Positions 12,902-26,934 of a DNA stretch of 64,000 nucleotides are shown here, one piece after another. The notes under the pieces were generated by a model. It was not told the DNA's origin, did not search any database, and worked only from the letters and a program-made list of their open reading frames with translations. Both the position numbers and the translations under genes were made by a program. The stretch's first letter is position 1, and every line of letters starts with the position of its first letter. The DNA is from Octopus sinensis (lineage: Eukaryota): the NCBI RefSeq assembly GCF_006345805.1, contig NC_043003.1:102796001-102860000 (forward strand), given 5' to 3'.

Positions 12902-13240
12902 AAGGCGCATGGCTCAGTGGTTAGAGCGTCGAGCTTACGATCGTTAGGTTGTGAGCTCGAATCCCGGACCGGGCTGCGTGTTGTGTTCTTGAGCAAAACA
13001 CTTTACTTCACGTTGCTCCAGTTCACTCAGCTGTAGAAATGAGTTGCGACGTCACTGGTGCCAAGCTGTATCGACCTTTGTCTTTCCCTTGGATAACACT
13101 GGTGGCGTGGAGAGGGGAGGCCGGTATGCATGGGCGACTGCTGGTCTTCCATAAAACCTTGCCCGGACTTGTGTCTAGGAGGGTAACTTTCTAGGTGCAA
13201 TCCCATGGTCATTCATGACCGAAGGGGGTCTTTACCCTTA
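12902..13240 (+). mobile_element. tRNA-derived SINE, family S3
   Basis: A box TGGCTCAGTGG, B-box-like GCTCGAATCCC, CORE-like TGTGTTCTTGAGCAAAACAC, TTTACCC tail. Confidence 0.75.
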
Positions 13241-13324
13241 CATTTGATGAGTAATCTGAGTGCTAAAGGGTGACAATTTCCCACCTGAATATTTTATACC
13301 TCTGCATTTACCTCTGTATTTCAG

Positions 13325-13395
13325 ATTCACGCCGCGGCGGCAGTGAAATAGCAATGGGAGTGTCTTTATGATCGCTCGACCACACCATGGAATGG
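13325..13395 (+). other. Candidate exon (5' UTR plus start codon, M-E-W)
   Basis: Pyrimidine-rich acceptor TACCTCTGTATTTCAG, Kozak-like CACCATGG at 13387, donor GG|GTATGT. All three frames have stops before the ATG. Confidence 0.35.
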
Positions 13396-13527
13396 GTATG
13401 TACGTTTTTTCTTTCTAGAATAATTCAGATTATAAAATAGCATACTAATAGTGAAATAGCCAAGTAAAATGTGTATTTCATTCTTAAAAACAAACAAAAA
13501 AAAATCAACGCGAGAAACAGACGGACG

Positions 13528-13596
<69 letters not shown>

Positions 13597-14724
13597 TTAT
13601 ATGTTTATTCTTCCATTACTCTTGTTATCTCACTCCTTACATATACGCGCGCACACACACATACACACAGTGATCAAGCAAGTTTCACATGACAATGTGT
13701 AAATCACTCAATATAGTGAATAAAAAAATTAACTCATATATTTCTGCACGTATTGAAGACGTGTGTTTAATAGATATATTCTTAATGTTAGTTATTGCTG
13801 TACAGGCAACCTGAATCAAACTACAGTGCACAAGCATAATTCATCCACGGAAGCCGATTGCCAAGTATGGACCAGGTGACACAACGACTATCATAAGTAA
13901 AGCGGAGATAATGTCTTTAGAGAGGAACTGTGAAACCATATTGAAATGGTGTATTGTTATGACCAAAGAGCCGTTCAAGTGTTGGTTTCACAACCACATA
14001 TATTCCTTCAGGAACACTGGAAAATGGAATGTAACGAAACTAACAAATTACATTTGGCCATTATAAATAAAGGCATTGAATTACTACAGCAGCAGCAGCT
14101 GAATTGTTGAAAAACGTAAATTACAAGCAAAATGCGGTCACTGTACAGCAAAAAAAGAAGGGATGGGGAAATAAAAACAGAAGACAAACAGGAAAAATAG
14201 TCTTGAAGAACTTACTGACACCAGTGATATGGTTGAATGCCAGATCGGATGCTGAATTCAGTGCAGTGTAAACATACTTTAAAATTCATTTTACGAAATT
14301 GGTAAGTCATCCGAAGCGAGACAATGAATTCACAACAATCCAGGAGGCGAAATCTTAGAAGCACAATAAAATAATTTTAGAAGAAAATTATTCATTTCTT
14401 GCCTTCCTTCAGTTCTCTAATTTTACTCTGATCTCTCTCCATTTCTTGCATTTCATCTTTCCTACTTTTCAGTTATACCTCTTTCAGAAATGAAGCTCGA
14501 TTTTCAAATTCTAAATCAAACTCTACTCCATCCAGAATATTTATTATTGATACTTTATCTGTGACTCAACCAATCAAATGTTGTGGATGAGGCGGGGGCT
14601 CATCTATTTTCGGATGATTACGGATGATCTCCCCTTCAACTTATTTTAGTTTCATATTGTACATACATATATTTGCGTGCATGTGTGTGCATATATTTAT
14701 ATGTGTATGTGTACACATATATAT

Positions 14725-14778
<54 letters not shown>

Positions 14779-15042
14779 ATGCATACATATATACATGCAC
14801 ATTCACCCATCTTCCACGATGCTTATAAGGCAAAAGAAAGAGGAACTACTTCTTTTCGACTCAAAGCAGTTAACACGCCGAGAAGTGCAAGTGTACTAAT
14901 TAGACGTCTGGTGATAATGAAGTTAACCACATTCAGTATTTTGAATGATTTTGAAGCTATTAATTATATGAAGTGAGCGTTATATATACACACATATATG
15001 CATATATATATGTGTGTATGTATACATACATACATATATATA

Positions 15043-15353
15043 TATTACGGAAATGTACTTGCATAGCAAGTGACCTGATCTGAGATCATGTGCTAGAACG
15101 AAAACAATTGCAGCGTGGAAGGTGTTTATAAGCAATTTAAGAAACACAAAAAAGCCGTTAGATTCACTTCAACGTTTAAATTTAATTTGTCAAAATATTT
15201 TCGTCGCTTTCAGACCGCGACCTCTTCACTGATAAAATTCCGTGCTGCATCGGAATTTTGTCAGTGAGAAAATATTTTGGCAAATTAAATTTAAATGTTG
15301 AATTGAATTTAACGGTTTTTGTGTGTTTCATAAATGGTTTATAAACACCTCCC
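15043..15353 (-). mobile_element. PLE-like 3' end (family B) with inverted partial copy
   Basis: Homologous to 34441-34615 and 59505-59725. Arms 15117-15240 and 15251-15353 are inverted. Contains a hammerhead-like motif. Confidence 0.6.
15186..15236 (-). ncRNA. Hammerhead ribozyme-like motif, minimal type I (family B)
   Basis: UUUAUCA GUGAAGA G GUCGC GGUCUGAAA GCGAC GAAA AUAU UU UGACAAA. Confidence 0.55.
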
Positions 15354-15356
15354 ATA

Positions 15357-15408
<52 letters not shown>

Positions 15409-16109
15409 TGCGAGAGAGAGAGGGAGAGATAGATAGATAGATACATGGACAGATGCACACGCACACACGCACATATATGCATACATATACACTCATATAT
15501 ATTCAGACATATGTATATATATGTATAGATACATATACACATATACACACACTCAAACAAACACGCGTGCGTATGCATAACATACACAAAACACATTCAC
15601 AAAGTATTCTTCATTAAGGAGCTATACCATTATTTCATGACTAATTAAAGTTTTTGTCCTCTCCTCATCCTAAAATTGACAATTCCTTTCACAATACCAG
15701 TCACTCGACGTGTTAAAAATAGCACCCAAATCTCAAACATAATTACAATCAATAATTTCTCAATTGAAAATATAAGGCATAAAAGAAAACCAATAGAGGG
15801 GGGGGGGACAGCATATTGCTCTGTCGTACGATATGATTACGCAATATGCTAGGTATAGTCGCCAACTTATAACGCATACCGAAAAAGAACTCTTAACAAT
15901 TTTACCGCTCACAGACGAAAGAACCACTACAAGACTGCCCATCGACTAGATATAGCAGTTAACCTCCCTCAAAACACACACATATTCTGCCTCCAACTTA
16001 AAGAGAAATTACAAATCACATAAATTTAGTGCTCATAGATATATAAAAGTAGGGTTGTGTGATCATGATTGAAATGCTTGGGGTCATAAGGGATCTGTCG
16101 AATCAAGAT

Positions 16110-16270
16110 CGCGCAGGCGTGGCTGTGTGGTAAGAAGTTTGCTTCCCAACCACATGGTTCGGGGTTCAGTCCCACTGCGGGACACTTTGGGCAAGTGACT
16201 TCTACTATGGTCTCCGCCTACCAAAGCCTTGTGAGTAGACTTCGTAGATGGAAACCGAAAGAAGCCCGTC
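16110..16270 (+). mobile_element. S2 SINE 5' half
   Basis: GCGCAGGCGTGGCTGTGTGGTAAGAAG...CACTTTGGGCAAGTGACTTCT. Confidence 0.8.
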
Positions 16271-16340
16271 ACACACACACACATATATATATATATTATA
16301 TATATATACACAGACACACACACATACACACACACACACA

Positions 16341-17305
16341 CAAGGGGGTACCCAAAATAACCGTAATTTTGCAATGTTATTTTATTCACTTGCTTTTACA
16401 TGTTTACACTTTTATTGCCTTCAAAGTATTCTCCGTTTGAAGTAATGCACCGGTTTAGACGCATTTTCCACCGTTCGTATAAGTCCCAGAACTTCTACAA
16501 AGTGATGCCTTTTAACACCGTCGTTTTTTCTTCACGTCTTCTACATCAGCAAAATGTTTTTCTTTAAGGGCGCTTTTCATTCTGGAGAACAAAAAAATGT
16601 TGCAAGGAACAAGATCGGGTGAATATGGAAGGTGTGTAAACAGGGTCATGTCACTTTTGGTCAAAAACTGTCTCAACCTTAGCATCGTCTTGACATTAAA
16701 CTACACCTGATCCACTTTTGGGCGGCGTGGTGACATTGAATGCGTCTATTGACGTGATTGCTGCTTCGTTTCCGGGTCGCAGTCGTAGCACCAGCTTTCG
16801 TCACCAGTGATGACTTTCGAAATAAGGTTCGGATCAACTTTCAACTGTTCTTTCGGTTTTCCCACACGCGTTCAGTCGTGACTGCTTTTGATCTTCCGTG
16901 AACAAGCGAAGCACAAACTTTGCTGCGATTCTTTTCATTCCCAATTCCACGCCGCTCAAAATTCCTTGACAGGAGCTCCAGGATACACCAGTCATATTAA
17001 CAAGTTCGTCAGTTGTTCGGTGACGGTTCTCCAAGATCACTTCATGAATTTTCGTGATGTCTTCATTCGTTCGGGAGGTCGACAATCGTCCTCAACGAGG
17101 TTAGTCTTCAAGCGACGAGTGTGAAAGCCACTCGTAAACTTTTGTTTTGCTCATGACAGCATTCGTGTAAGCTGTTTGAAGCATGAGAACTATTTCGGCA
17201 GACTGATGTCTAAGGGTCGCATCAAGTGGCTCCTACCGACGGAAGCCTGGGCTACAACGGGCTTGTCCCACAGAGAACGTTTCGGTTACTTTTAGGTATC
17301 CTCTC

Positions 17306-17306
<1 letters not shown>
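16341..17306 (-). mobile_element. Internally deleted, decayed mariner transposon with both TIRs
   Basis: TIRs CAAGGGGGTACCCAAAATAACCG and CGAGAGGATACCTAAAAGTAACCG. Motifs KRIAAKFV.R, VITGDESW and NRCITSNGEYFEG. Confidence 0.85.
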
Positions 17307-17350
<44 letters not shown>

Positions 17351-17525
17351 AATAAATGTTTTATATATAAAGAACGTGAAATACAGGAAGGGACAAACAC
17401 GGAACACAGACAAATCATTCGAAGCCTTCAATCTTCAGTCAGACACCGAATCATCATAGCAAATTTCGGCTGTTCAATTCTGATATTTGCTCCAACTCAT
17501 ATATATATATATATATATATATATC

Positions 17526-17560
<35 letters not shown>

Positions 17561-17639
17561 GTGTGTGTGTGTGGTGTGTGTGTGTGTGTGTGTGCGTGTG
17601 TGTGCGTGCATGTGTGTGTTGCGTGCGTGTGTGTGTGAA

Positions 17640-17865
17640 TCTGCGTTTGTATATGTGTCTATGTTTGTTCCCCACCACCTCTTAACAACCGGTGTTGGTG
17701 ATTTTATGTCCCCGTAACTTAGCGGTTCCGAAAACCGATACAATGAGTACCAAGCTTAGATAATGTACCAGCGTCGATTCATTCGACTAAAAACTCTTCA
17801 GGGTGGTGCCCCAGCATGGCCGCTGTCTAATGACTGAAACAAGTAAAAGGTAACAAGTAAAAGAT
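17640..17865 (+). mobile_element. S2 SINE 3' half
   Basis: CCCCGTAACTTAGCGGTTC...CAGCATGGCCGC...TGACTGAAACAAGTAAAAG. Confidence 0.75.
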
Positions 17866-18230
17866 GTATACAAAACCCAATGCTAAGGCCATATACGTTA
17901 CCTTTAAGATAGCGTGATCGTACTAATGTATACATACATACTTATACTTATCTATGTAAATAAATGTATATGTTAGTGTGTATGCCTGTGTAAATGCATA
18001 GACACACACACATTTAGGCATACACACGTAAAACATATAGTTAGATAGATATACACAAAAACATGTGTCCATAATGCCATAGATGAATGCACACAAACAT
18101 ATGCAGACATTAGTTTAATAAAGAAAAACTATTTATAACAACTGCCTGTCTTTAATATTTCGCATCAAATCTCTAAAATGAAGTTTTTGAGGATGTGTGT
18201 GCATGCGTGCGTGCCTGTGTGCGCGCGCGC

Positions 18231-18289
<59 letters not shown>

Positions 18290-20648
18290 TGTGTGTTCTG
18301 ATACGTTCCAGTTTCCATCTTTTTAGCATATGATGAAGGGCTGTGAGAGGCGAGGACGAAAGAGAAGAATAATAAGATCTAATATCTTTATTTCTATTCC
18401 CTAATTGGAACCAGGTAAATAATGGGCTCTTGGATTCTTGTAATTAAACCCTTAGGCAAATTGAATTAAACATCTCAATACTTGAAACGTCACAAATGCA
18501 GCCAAATTAATACTTCTTATAGTTTTAACCGTTGAGAAAAGATCTTTTGATCTTTTTGTAAGCAGGACCATTTAGGTTTGCTGTGCTTGGAAATTTTAAA
18601 GAATTTGAGCATTTATTTAAGTTAACTCTATGTAATTCAAAAGGGATATACAGTTGTTTTCTTTTTGTTTGTTTGTTTTTTTCTGAAATTGTCGCAGTCT
18701 TGTTTGAAGCTAAAAAGCATCAGCGGTTTTTTCTGTTGTTGGTTAAATGTCTTGCTGTAATTACTAAACTGAAAGGTAGTTTTGTAGTAACGTCGTTACG
18801 TGTTCCACACCAGATTAACAATGTATTTTTGATACAGACACAACTCTAACAGCAAAAGGTTATTATTGTAAAGTAAAAGTAGTAATCACTTTGCTTCTGT
18901 TCCTATAGACTGAATAGAAGATGAATACCCCGCTCTGGAGTTAACGTATTTTCCGGCATACAAGTCGGATTTTTCAGTCTTGGTGTACAAGTCAACTTAT
19001 ACACCAAGACAGCTTCGGAGGATTAAAATGCAAGAGGATTTAGAAAGATAATGGTGATGCTCAAATCTTACACTATGTGTTTACACTATATCGACGACTT
19101 ATATGCAGGAAAATTCCACAAAACGCTGAAAATAGTCAAGCCAGTTTTTTAAAAATGCATCATTAACACAAAAATTCAATCTTGTTAGAGATAAGAGAAA
19201 TAACAGCTCCCCGATTAGACTGTTGGTTTCAAGTCTGCCGTTCAAGAATGCTAAACTATGCCTAGAAGAGAAAGTCCTCAACGCTTAGCTGGGATGGACA
19301 GGTCCTGTGATCTGTATGAACGGGTTCGGAATGTTGTAACAACTATTATGCAGAGCTAGAACAGGGCAGTTGTGCTCAGGGTTGCCTAGAAAAGAAGTCC
19401 AAGGACAAATTCAAGTCTATCCAACTCAAAGTGAATCAAACTCTTATGGATCGATGTGGGCAGCACCACCGATGCTTTTGAACAGTAAGCAACTTTGAAT
19501 CCAAGTGGGGCTTGTAACGCCTCCAGGTAACCTGTGAGTGACATGGAAAGATGTCTGCAACGAATGATGTCCTGTGTCGTTAAACTATTAATCCACACCT
19601 TTGGTAATAAAACTCTGAGAATGAAACAGCCACATGGGAAAGTGTCTCATTTTCGGACTGTAACAAATGATCCTACTGCAGGCCTATATAATGGATGCCA
19701 CCTATATGTCAAGCAACTACAGGCTCCCACTTTTAACCCCGTCGGTAACTCAATCTCACGCTCCATCATACTCCGAGTGAGAGGTTTACCATTGTCATGT
19801 TGGATGTTAACTTTCGAAAGAGATGTACTCCGGGTAGCAACTTTAAATATAACCCGATGAAGTCAGAACTATTCTACTCTTTTCTTGCTCTTCATTGATG
19901 GAAAGTACATACAAAACGTTGTCTTGGCAAACCACGTCGCATACCAACTATTAAGATAGCTTTAACTCCGAATATGTTCCGCATCAGGGTGGAGAGAACA
20001 CATAGAACGGCCTTTCGAGTGTTGGTTGCACGATATGAAATGCATCCAGTGGTTGGTGATAAAAACAAAAGAATTAACTACTATAAAAATAACCTTCTCA
20101 CCAATTAAGAAGCTTCATTTCTTGGTTGGTTTGACTTGGACGTCTGGTAAACAGAAAACCCCTTTCCTCTATCGACGTGTAGGATACTATACTGTGCCTT
20201 TTATGTAACCATGTTTATTTATTTATTTTATTTTTTGCATTGGGTCCACAATATAGTGCCCCTGTCTAGTTCCTTTCTACATACAGAGCATAGTCACTTC
20301 CTAGTGTCCTGTTTTTTCTCTCCTGTTGACAGGAAATTTTGTCTCCTCTAAATTTATCCTGAGGTCTCCGAATTCCTATCCATGCTTCAACATTTGAGAT
20401 TTATCTTGTGATTCTTTGATTTACCTGTGGCAACGACGTGATCAGAATACAGAAGTTCTATGAGCAACCAGTTTTAAACTTTTCTGTTATGGCTTGAAGA
20501 ACAGTGATAAACAAACAAGAAAGGGTTGGTTCTTTATATATGACTTGCAGGACTCTCAAAATCATTTCCTAACATCGGTTTTCCTAGGAACTACCTGACA
20601 GCCAAGTAAACAAAGAATTTTGACGGTGTATGTGTGTATGTGAGTGAG

Positions 20649-20679
<31 letters not shown>

Positions 20680-20774
20680 TGTGTGTGTGTGTGTGTGAAT
20701 ACGTGCATGCACCTCCTCTGTGTGCATGTATATAAATTTGAAGTGCCTATGAAAGGAACCTACAAAGCCCCACA

Positions 20775-20815
<41 letters not shown>

Positions 20816-21313
20816 TTATTATTATTATTCAAAACAAATACATCCAAAACAAACACTGCATCGACATCACCACCTCTAATACATGAAACGCAAATCATCT
20901 CACACACGCAACCACAACAACAATCACAACCACAAACACCATCACCACCACAACAACAACAACAACAGCAACAATAACAAACACAAATTAAAGGGACTAA
21001 CATTACAAAATACATGGCAATGAGCACAAAAAATAAGGAATTCATGAAATACGTAATAACACACACACAAACATTACACCAGATATTTTCTCACACTCAC
21101 AATCTTCCTACCTGCACACATACAAATCATTCAAAGAACACAAAAAGCCCAGTTCCCACAGGAAATCGGAGATTTTCGAGGGAATATCACCAAGAGAACT
21201 CTTGGTGATTTACAGTTGGAAACAATCCAAGCCAACAGGAGGGACGGGCAATCCGCCCCTCCAAACAAAAGCAAATAAGTTTTCCATTTCTTTTCTTTAC
21301 TATTTCTGACAAC

Positions 21314-23185
21314 ATGGCCATGTACAGAATAGGCAGCGTGAATGCACGTGGCCAGGGGTTGCCTTGGAGCGGGGTCACCTACTCAACGACCTCAGAGCAC
21401 TGAATGTCGACGTGATGGCCATTAGTGAAACCATAATTTCCGACTCACGGGACTTCCAACCCATTTTCGGTAACTATGAGGTGTATGCATCTCTAAGTCG
21501 TCTGGGAGAGGGGGCGGAGTTGCCGTGATGGTTCGGAAAAATCTGGGTTTTGCAGAACAGACGATCTTCCTGAATCCGGAAGGTAAGTCGGTTGTCCTGG
21601 ATGTGACAGAGAGCGAAGGACATACTTTCGAGCTAGTTGCCGTCTATGCCCCGATAGGGGCAGGACGACCAAATTTCTTCAGACGTCTGGAAACTTTCCT
21701 GGGAACATCCCGCTCTTTAGTGTTAGTGGGAGATTGGAATGAAGTTTTAGATGTAAGGTGGGACTGTGTAGGTTTAGCAGATAGGAGAGGAAGGTGTGAA
21801 AGCCTCGCAAAACGGCACAGACGATTCTAACTGTCTGACAGTTATCGACTGGATTTCCCGGATGTGCTAGTGAAGACCTGATCAAACTGCATCGGGTCAT
21901 CCATATCGTATCTAGATAGGATATTATGTAAAGTAGCAGATAAGGATAGCACAGGTGGTCCACAGTTTAAAGAAGTCGACTAAGCAGACCAGAAATTCGT
22001 GGTCTCTACAATCGACTTAGACAGACTTCAGACCCAGTTATTGGATGCTAAATATATCGTTGCCGGCGCGTAAAGATTTCAGTGACCGAATTAGTGAATT
22101 AATTGACGGGGACAATAAACAACAATAAATGGTGGTTCGCCCTGAAAAGGACGATTAGAATAGAATCGGTAAGGTTTAGCAAAGGATTTGCAGTAGAAAG
22201 AAACAAAGTAGAAACAGAGCTAATCAAGAGCTAGTTAGACGAGGCTTTTAGAAAAGGTACCGCGACCGACGTGCTCGCAGCAAGATTGGCACTCAATTCT
22301 TCAATGCGAAACACGAAGGTTGTGTTATCAGAGTTAAGGCTCGAGCACTTAGACACGAAAGCCGTTCAATAGGCCCGAGAAGCAAAGGCACGGCGTGGAA
22401 ACAAATCCGCGATCCGATCCTTGCCAGACAACGACGGGCAAATGATGATCGATCCGAGACAGATGTTGCGGCTTTTCAACGACGCTTCGCTCTGATGTTT
22501 GGGAGCAGCGGTGAGCCAGCTCGCAGGACGGATTTTACGACCTACCTCGACGGGCTGCCGCGGCTCTCGGCAACGGAGGCGGAGAGCTGCGAAAGACCGA
22601 TAACAACCTTTGAAACACGGGAAGCAATGGCTAGCTGCACAAGGAGTAAATCGCCTGGTTTGGATGGTCTGCCTTACGAGCTTTACGCTCACATGCCAGA
22701 TTTGTTCGGCGACCAACAAACGTTAACTGCAACTGGTAACAGAATGGAAGAATTCCAAGTTTTGTAAGCCGAGGAGCGGTAGCGTTGCTGAGAAAAGACC
22801 CGAACAAGGGGGTTTCTATTGACAACTTTAGGCTCATAACTCTACTGAATGCAGAGTTCAAAGTTTTGGTCAAGGTGTCAGCTACGCGGTTGGCGCTTGT
22901 CTTTGGGGATCTGGTAGGGGGAACAGACATGTGCCATCCCGAAAAGATCCAAGCACTACAACCTCCACTTCATGTGATACATCATTGAGAAAGTGGTTAA
23001 AGAACCTGGCACGGGTGGGGCCCTTATCAACGTAGTTCAGTCAAAAGCTTTGGATAGGGTCGGCCAGCTATACCTGGTGGCGGTCCTCAAGGTAACTGGT
23101 TTCGGGCCTGTATTCAGGGGCTGGTTCGCTGTAATGCACAGCGACATCTGTTCAGTGGTCAGAGTGAACGGTCACCTCACGGGGT
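21314..23185 (+). mobile_element. Tx1/L1-group LINE ORF2 remnant (APE endonuclease plus N-terminal RT), frameshifted
   Basis: GSVNARG, DVMAISET, VAVYAP, LVLVGDWN, KSPGLDGLPYELY, NFRLITLLNAEFKVL, SVVRVNGHLT. Confidence 0.9.
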
Positions 23186-23286
23186 CAATAAAATAAGTAC
23201 CCGTTAAACACTGGGATCGATGTAAACGACTCGTTCCCTCTTTCCGCCCCCACCCCAAATTGCTGTCCTTATAGTAAAATTTGTAA

Positions 23287-23350
<64 letters not shown>

Positions 23351-24770
23351 TCCCCTCAGAGCCAATAAGATAAGGTAACAGTTTGTTCTTTTGCATTTTT
23401 GTTTGAAGGCGGTGAGCTGGCAGAATCGTTAGCACACCGGGCGAAATGATTAGCGGTCTGCCGTTGAGTTCTGAGTTCAAATTCCGCCGAGATCGACTTT
23501 GCCTTTCATCCTTTCGAGGTCGATAAATGAAGTACCAGCTACGCACTGGGGTCGATATAATCGACTTAATTCGTTTGTCTGTCCTTGTTTGTCCCCTCTG
23601 TGTAGCCCCTTGTGGACAGTAAAGAAATAGGCATTTTGCTTGACGCTCTGTTCTGAGTTCAAATTCCGCCGCCGTTGACTTTGCCTTTCATCTTTTTGGG
23701 GGGGTCGATAAAATTAAGTACCAGTTATGCACTGAGGTCGGTGTAATCGACTTAATCCCTTCCCCCAAATTTGAGGCCTTGTGCTTCCAGTAGAAAGGAT
23801 TATTACTATTATTATTATTCATCCCCTCAAGGCCAATAAGATAAGGGGCCGGTTTGTTGCTTTGCATCTTTATTTAAAGGCGGCGAGCTGGCTAAATCGT
23901 TAGCACACCGGGTGAAATGCTTAGCGGTATTTTGCCTATCGCTACGTTCTCAGTTCAAATTCCGCCGAGGTCGACTTTGCCTTTCATCCTCTCGGGGTCG
24001 GTAAAATTAGTACCAGTAATCGACTTAATCCCTTCCCTAAATTTAAGGTCTTGTGCTTCCAGTAAAAAGGATCATTATTATTATCAATTATTATTGTTGT
24101 TATTGCTGTTGTTAGTCATTTAGACCGCCTTTACATTCTAAGTTCAAATTCCACCGAGGTCGACTTTGCCTTACATCCCTTCGGGGTCAATAAAATAAGT
24201 ACCAGTTGAACACTGTGGTCGGTGTAATCGACACATTCCCTCTCCCAAACTGGTTGTCCTTGTGGCAAAATTTCAAATCATTGAGCTGGTAGAATCGTTA
24301 GCACGCCGGGCGAAATGCTTAGTGGTATTTCATCTGCCGCTACGTTCTGAGTTCAAATTCTGCCGAGGTCGACTTTACCTTTCATCCTTTCGGGGTCGAT
24401 TAAATTAAGTACCAGTTACACACTGGGTCGATGTACTCGACTTAATACCTATGTCTGTCCTTGTCTGTCCCCTCTGTGTTTAGCCCCTTGTGGGTAATAA
24501 AGAAATAGGTATTTCATCTGTGTTTACGTTCTGAGTTCAAATTCCGCTGAGGACGACTTTGCCTAGAGTAGAAAAGATTATTATTATCATTATTATTAGT
24601 CATTTCGTTGGTCTTTACGTTCTGAGTTCAAATTTTGCCGACGTTGACTTTGCCTTTCATCCTTTCGGAGTCGATAAAATAAGTATCAGTTACGTACAGG
24701 GGTCGATCTAATCGACTCATCTCCTCCCTTGAAATTGCTGGTCTTCTGCCAAACTTTGAAACCATTATCA
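23181..24770 (+). mobile_element. Head-to-tail array of ~8 S1 SINE copies and fragments with (ATT)n spacers
   Basis: Core CTTT(C/A)CATCC...GGTCG..AAA..AAGTACCAG recurs about every 150-250 bp, all in the same orientation. Confidence 0.85.
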
Positions 24771-24799
24771 TTAGTAGTAGTCGCTATGTCAGAGAAAAA

Positions 24800-25060
24800 T
24801 CATGTATGACATTTCTTTTGAGACCTTCGCATCCAAAAGTAATTCAAGGACTTTACATCATGACGCCAGAGGGCGAAGCTGAGGATTTTGTTTGCCGTGA
24901 ACTTCGGTTTTTACAAGTGATTGACAAATCTTGGCTGTGACTCCTATTTGTGGGGAAATATTCAGAGATGCTATTTTATTAATCAATTTTGTAATGGTTT
25001 CCCCAATTAGCATATTGCTGCATGGCTTGTTACATTGATAAAGTAGCTGAGCAGTGCTGG
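24800..25060 (-). mobile_element. Degenerate LINE RT fragment (CR1/L2-like)
   Basis: ITKLINKI...AKI....K.....QLRPLAS*CKVLELLL resembles the NYRPISLL..KV.E region. Confidence 0.5.
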
Positions 25061-25132
25061 ACACCTAAACAATATATATACTTATGTGTGTGTGTATGTA
25101 TAACTGTGCGTGCGTGTAAGTGAGTATATACA

Positions 25133-25222
<90 letters not shown>

Positions 25223-25224
25223 TT

Positions 25225-25281
<57 letters not shown>

Positions 25282-25639
25282 CATAATAAATGGATAATAC
25301 TTCTGCAACATAATATATAGCAGTCATCAAACGTGTGTGCGTGAATATGAGCATGTATATATATGTATATATATATGTGTGTGTGTGTGTGTATACACAT
25401 AAATATATGTATGTATGTATGTATGTTTGTATGTATGTATATATATATATATATGATGAAGGGAAGGGGGAAGTACAGAAAACTAGAGACGGTAGGTTGA
25501 AAGAGAAGTTAGTCTTTCACCATCAGTGATTTGATTTCTCACTACAAACTTCGTCTTCACTGATTTCTCACCCACACCCACACACACCCACACACAATAA
25601 AAGCATGAGTAAATATAAGAACACCAGCACAACTAACAC

Positions 25640-26460
25640 CACCACTTAGTCTGTCTGAAATGAGTACCGTTAACAGCACCTCCACCACTACCACAACCAC
25701 CACCAGCATCATCACCACCATTATTAACATCATCACTACCATCATCACACTGCCACCACAATCACCACCACTGACACTGCCACCACCACTGACACTGCCA
25801 CCACCACATCTATCACCCCCACCACATCCATCCCCATCACATCCATCACCCCCACACATCCATCCCCATCACATCCATCACCCCCACCACATCCATCCCC
25901 ATCACATCCATCACCCCCACCACATCCATCCCCATCACATCCATCACCCCCACCACATCCATCCCCATCACATCCATCACCCCCACCACATCCATCCCCA
26001 TCACATCCACCCCACCACATCCACCCCACTTCCACCCCTCTTCCATCACCATACGCACACACATACACACACATGCATACACAATAAATACAATTAAAAG
26101 AACCCCAGGACCATTGCTCTTACTTTCAACACCAAGACCTACACTATTTGGAAAAGCTACCATTAACACCACCATCACCACCAACACCGCCAACGCTGCC
26201 AACATCGCCAATACTACCATGACCACCACCTCCATCACCACCTGCCAATAATCATTAAAGCACACTCACAGACAATAAAATTAATTACCACTATCTACAC
26301 AGAGCTCGGCTCTTTCCCTCACCATCACCACCACCACCACCACCACCACCACTACCACTGCTGCTGCCGCCGCCACTATCGTCAATGGCATCAGCTTCCC
26401 CAGCGATAGTATCACCGTTACACACCACCATTATGACCACCACTACCACTTATATCACCA
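25640..26460. repeat. (CAC/CAT) low-complexity tract with a 33-bp minisatellite
   Basis: Unit CACATCCATCCCCATCACATCCATCACCCCCAC, ~5 copies at 25855-26010. Confidence 0.85.
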
Positions 26461-26934
26461 AAACCACTATTAATTACTCAATACAATTTTAAAGCAATTA
26501 TCTTCAAACTGGACTTACTGTAAACATATCAGTGTTTTGTACATTGTAATTGGAGCTGCCAACATCACCGACATCATCATCATCATCATCATCCTCATCA
26601 TCATCATCATCCTCACTACAGCTGCATAAGTGTTGTGTTTGCGTTGTGTTGTGTGTTTTAGCCCAGACTCTACTCTGTGTCCTCTCATTTGCATAGCCAA
26701 AGGTCTGTCCAAATGCTGCATCTGTACGAGTTGCCAATTGGAGATTCTTGTTTCGGATACTCAACTGTCTGAGATGATTGAGGATGAGAAACTCTGAGTA
26801 GCGATTTAGTGACCCGTATAAACTCATCTCAGAATAAAATATTATTCCACTGCACCCAACAGCACTGAGTACTTTCTTTCACTTTATTATATCTCCCACA
26901 ACTCAGTGTGATACTCTCATCCATTATATAACAA

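Noticed and set aside
12902-12975. tRNA genes (also 29596, 63420-63497 and S1 heads)
   Set aside because: A and B boxes are present, but the cloverleaf is not intact and each runs into a SINE body.
21314-23185. Bacterial contamination or horizontal transfer suggested by higher GC
   Set aside because: Explained by the Tx1-like LINE ORF2.
25660-26265. His-rich or Gly-Asp-Cys repeat protein
   Set aside because: Several frames on both strands are open simply because the CAC/CAT minisatellite lacks stop codons; no splice or signal evidence.
26504-26827. Ionotropic glutamate receptor-like exon (LATRTDAAFG resembling LAKQTEIAYG)
   Set aside because: Flanking motif spacing does not fit, there is no good splice acceptor, and the ORF is extended by a (GAT)n microsatellite.
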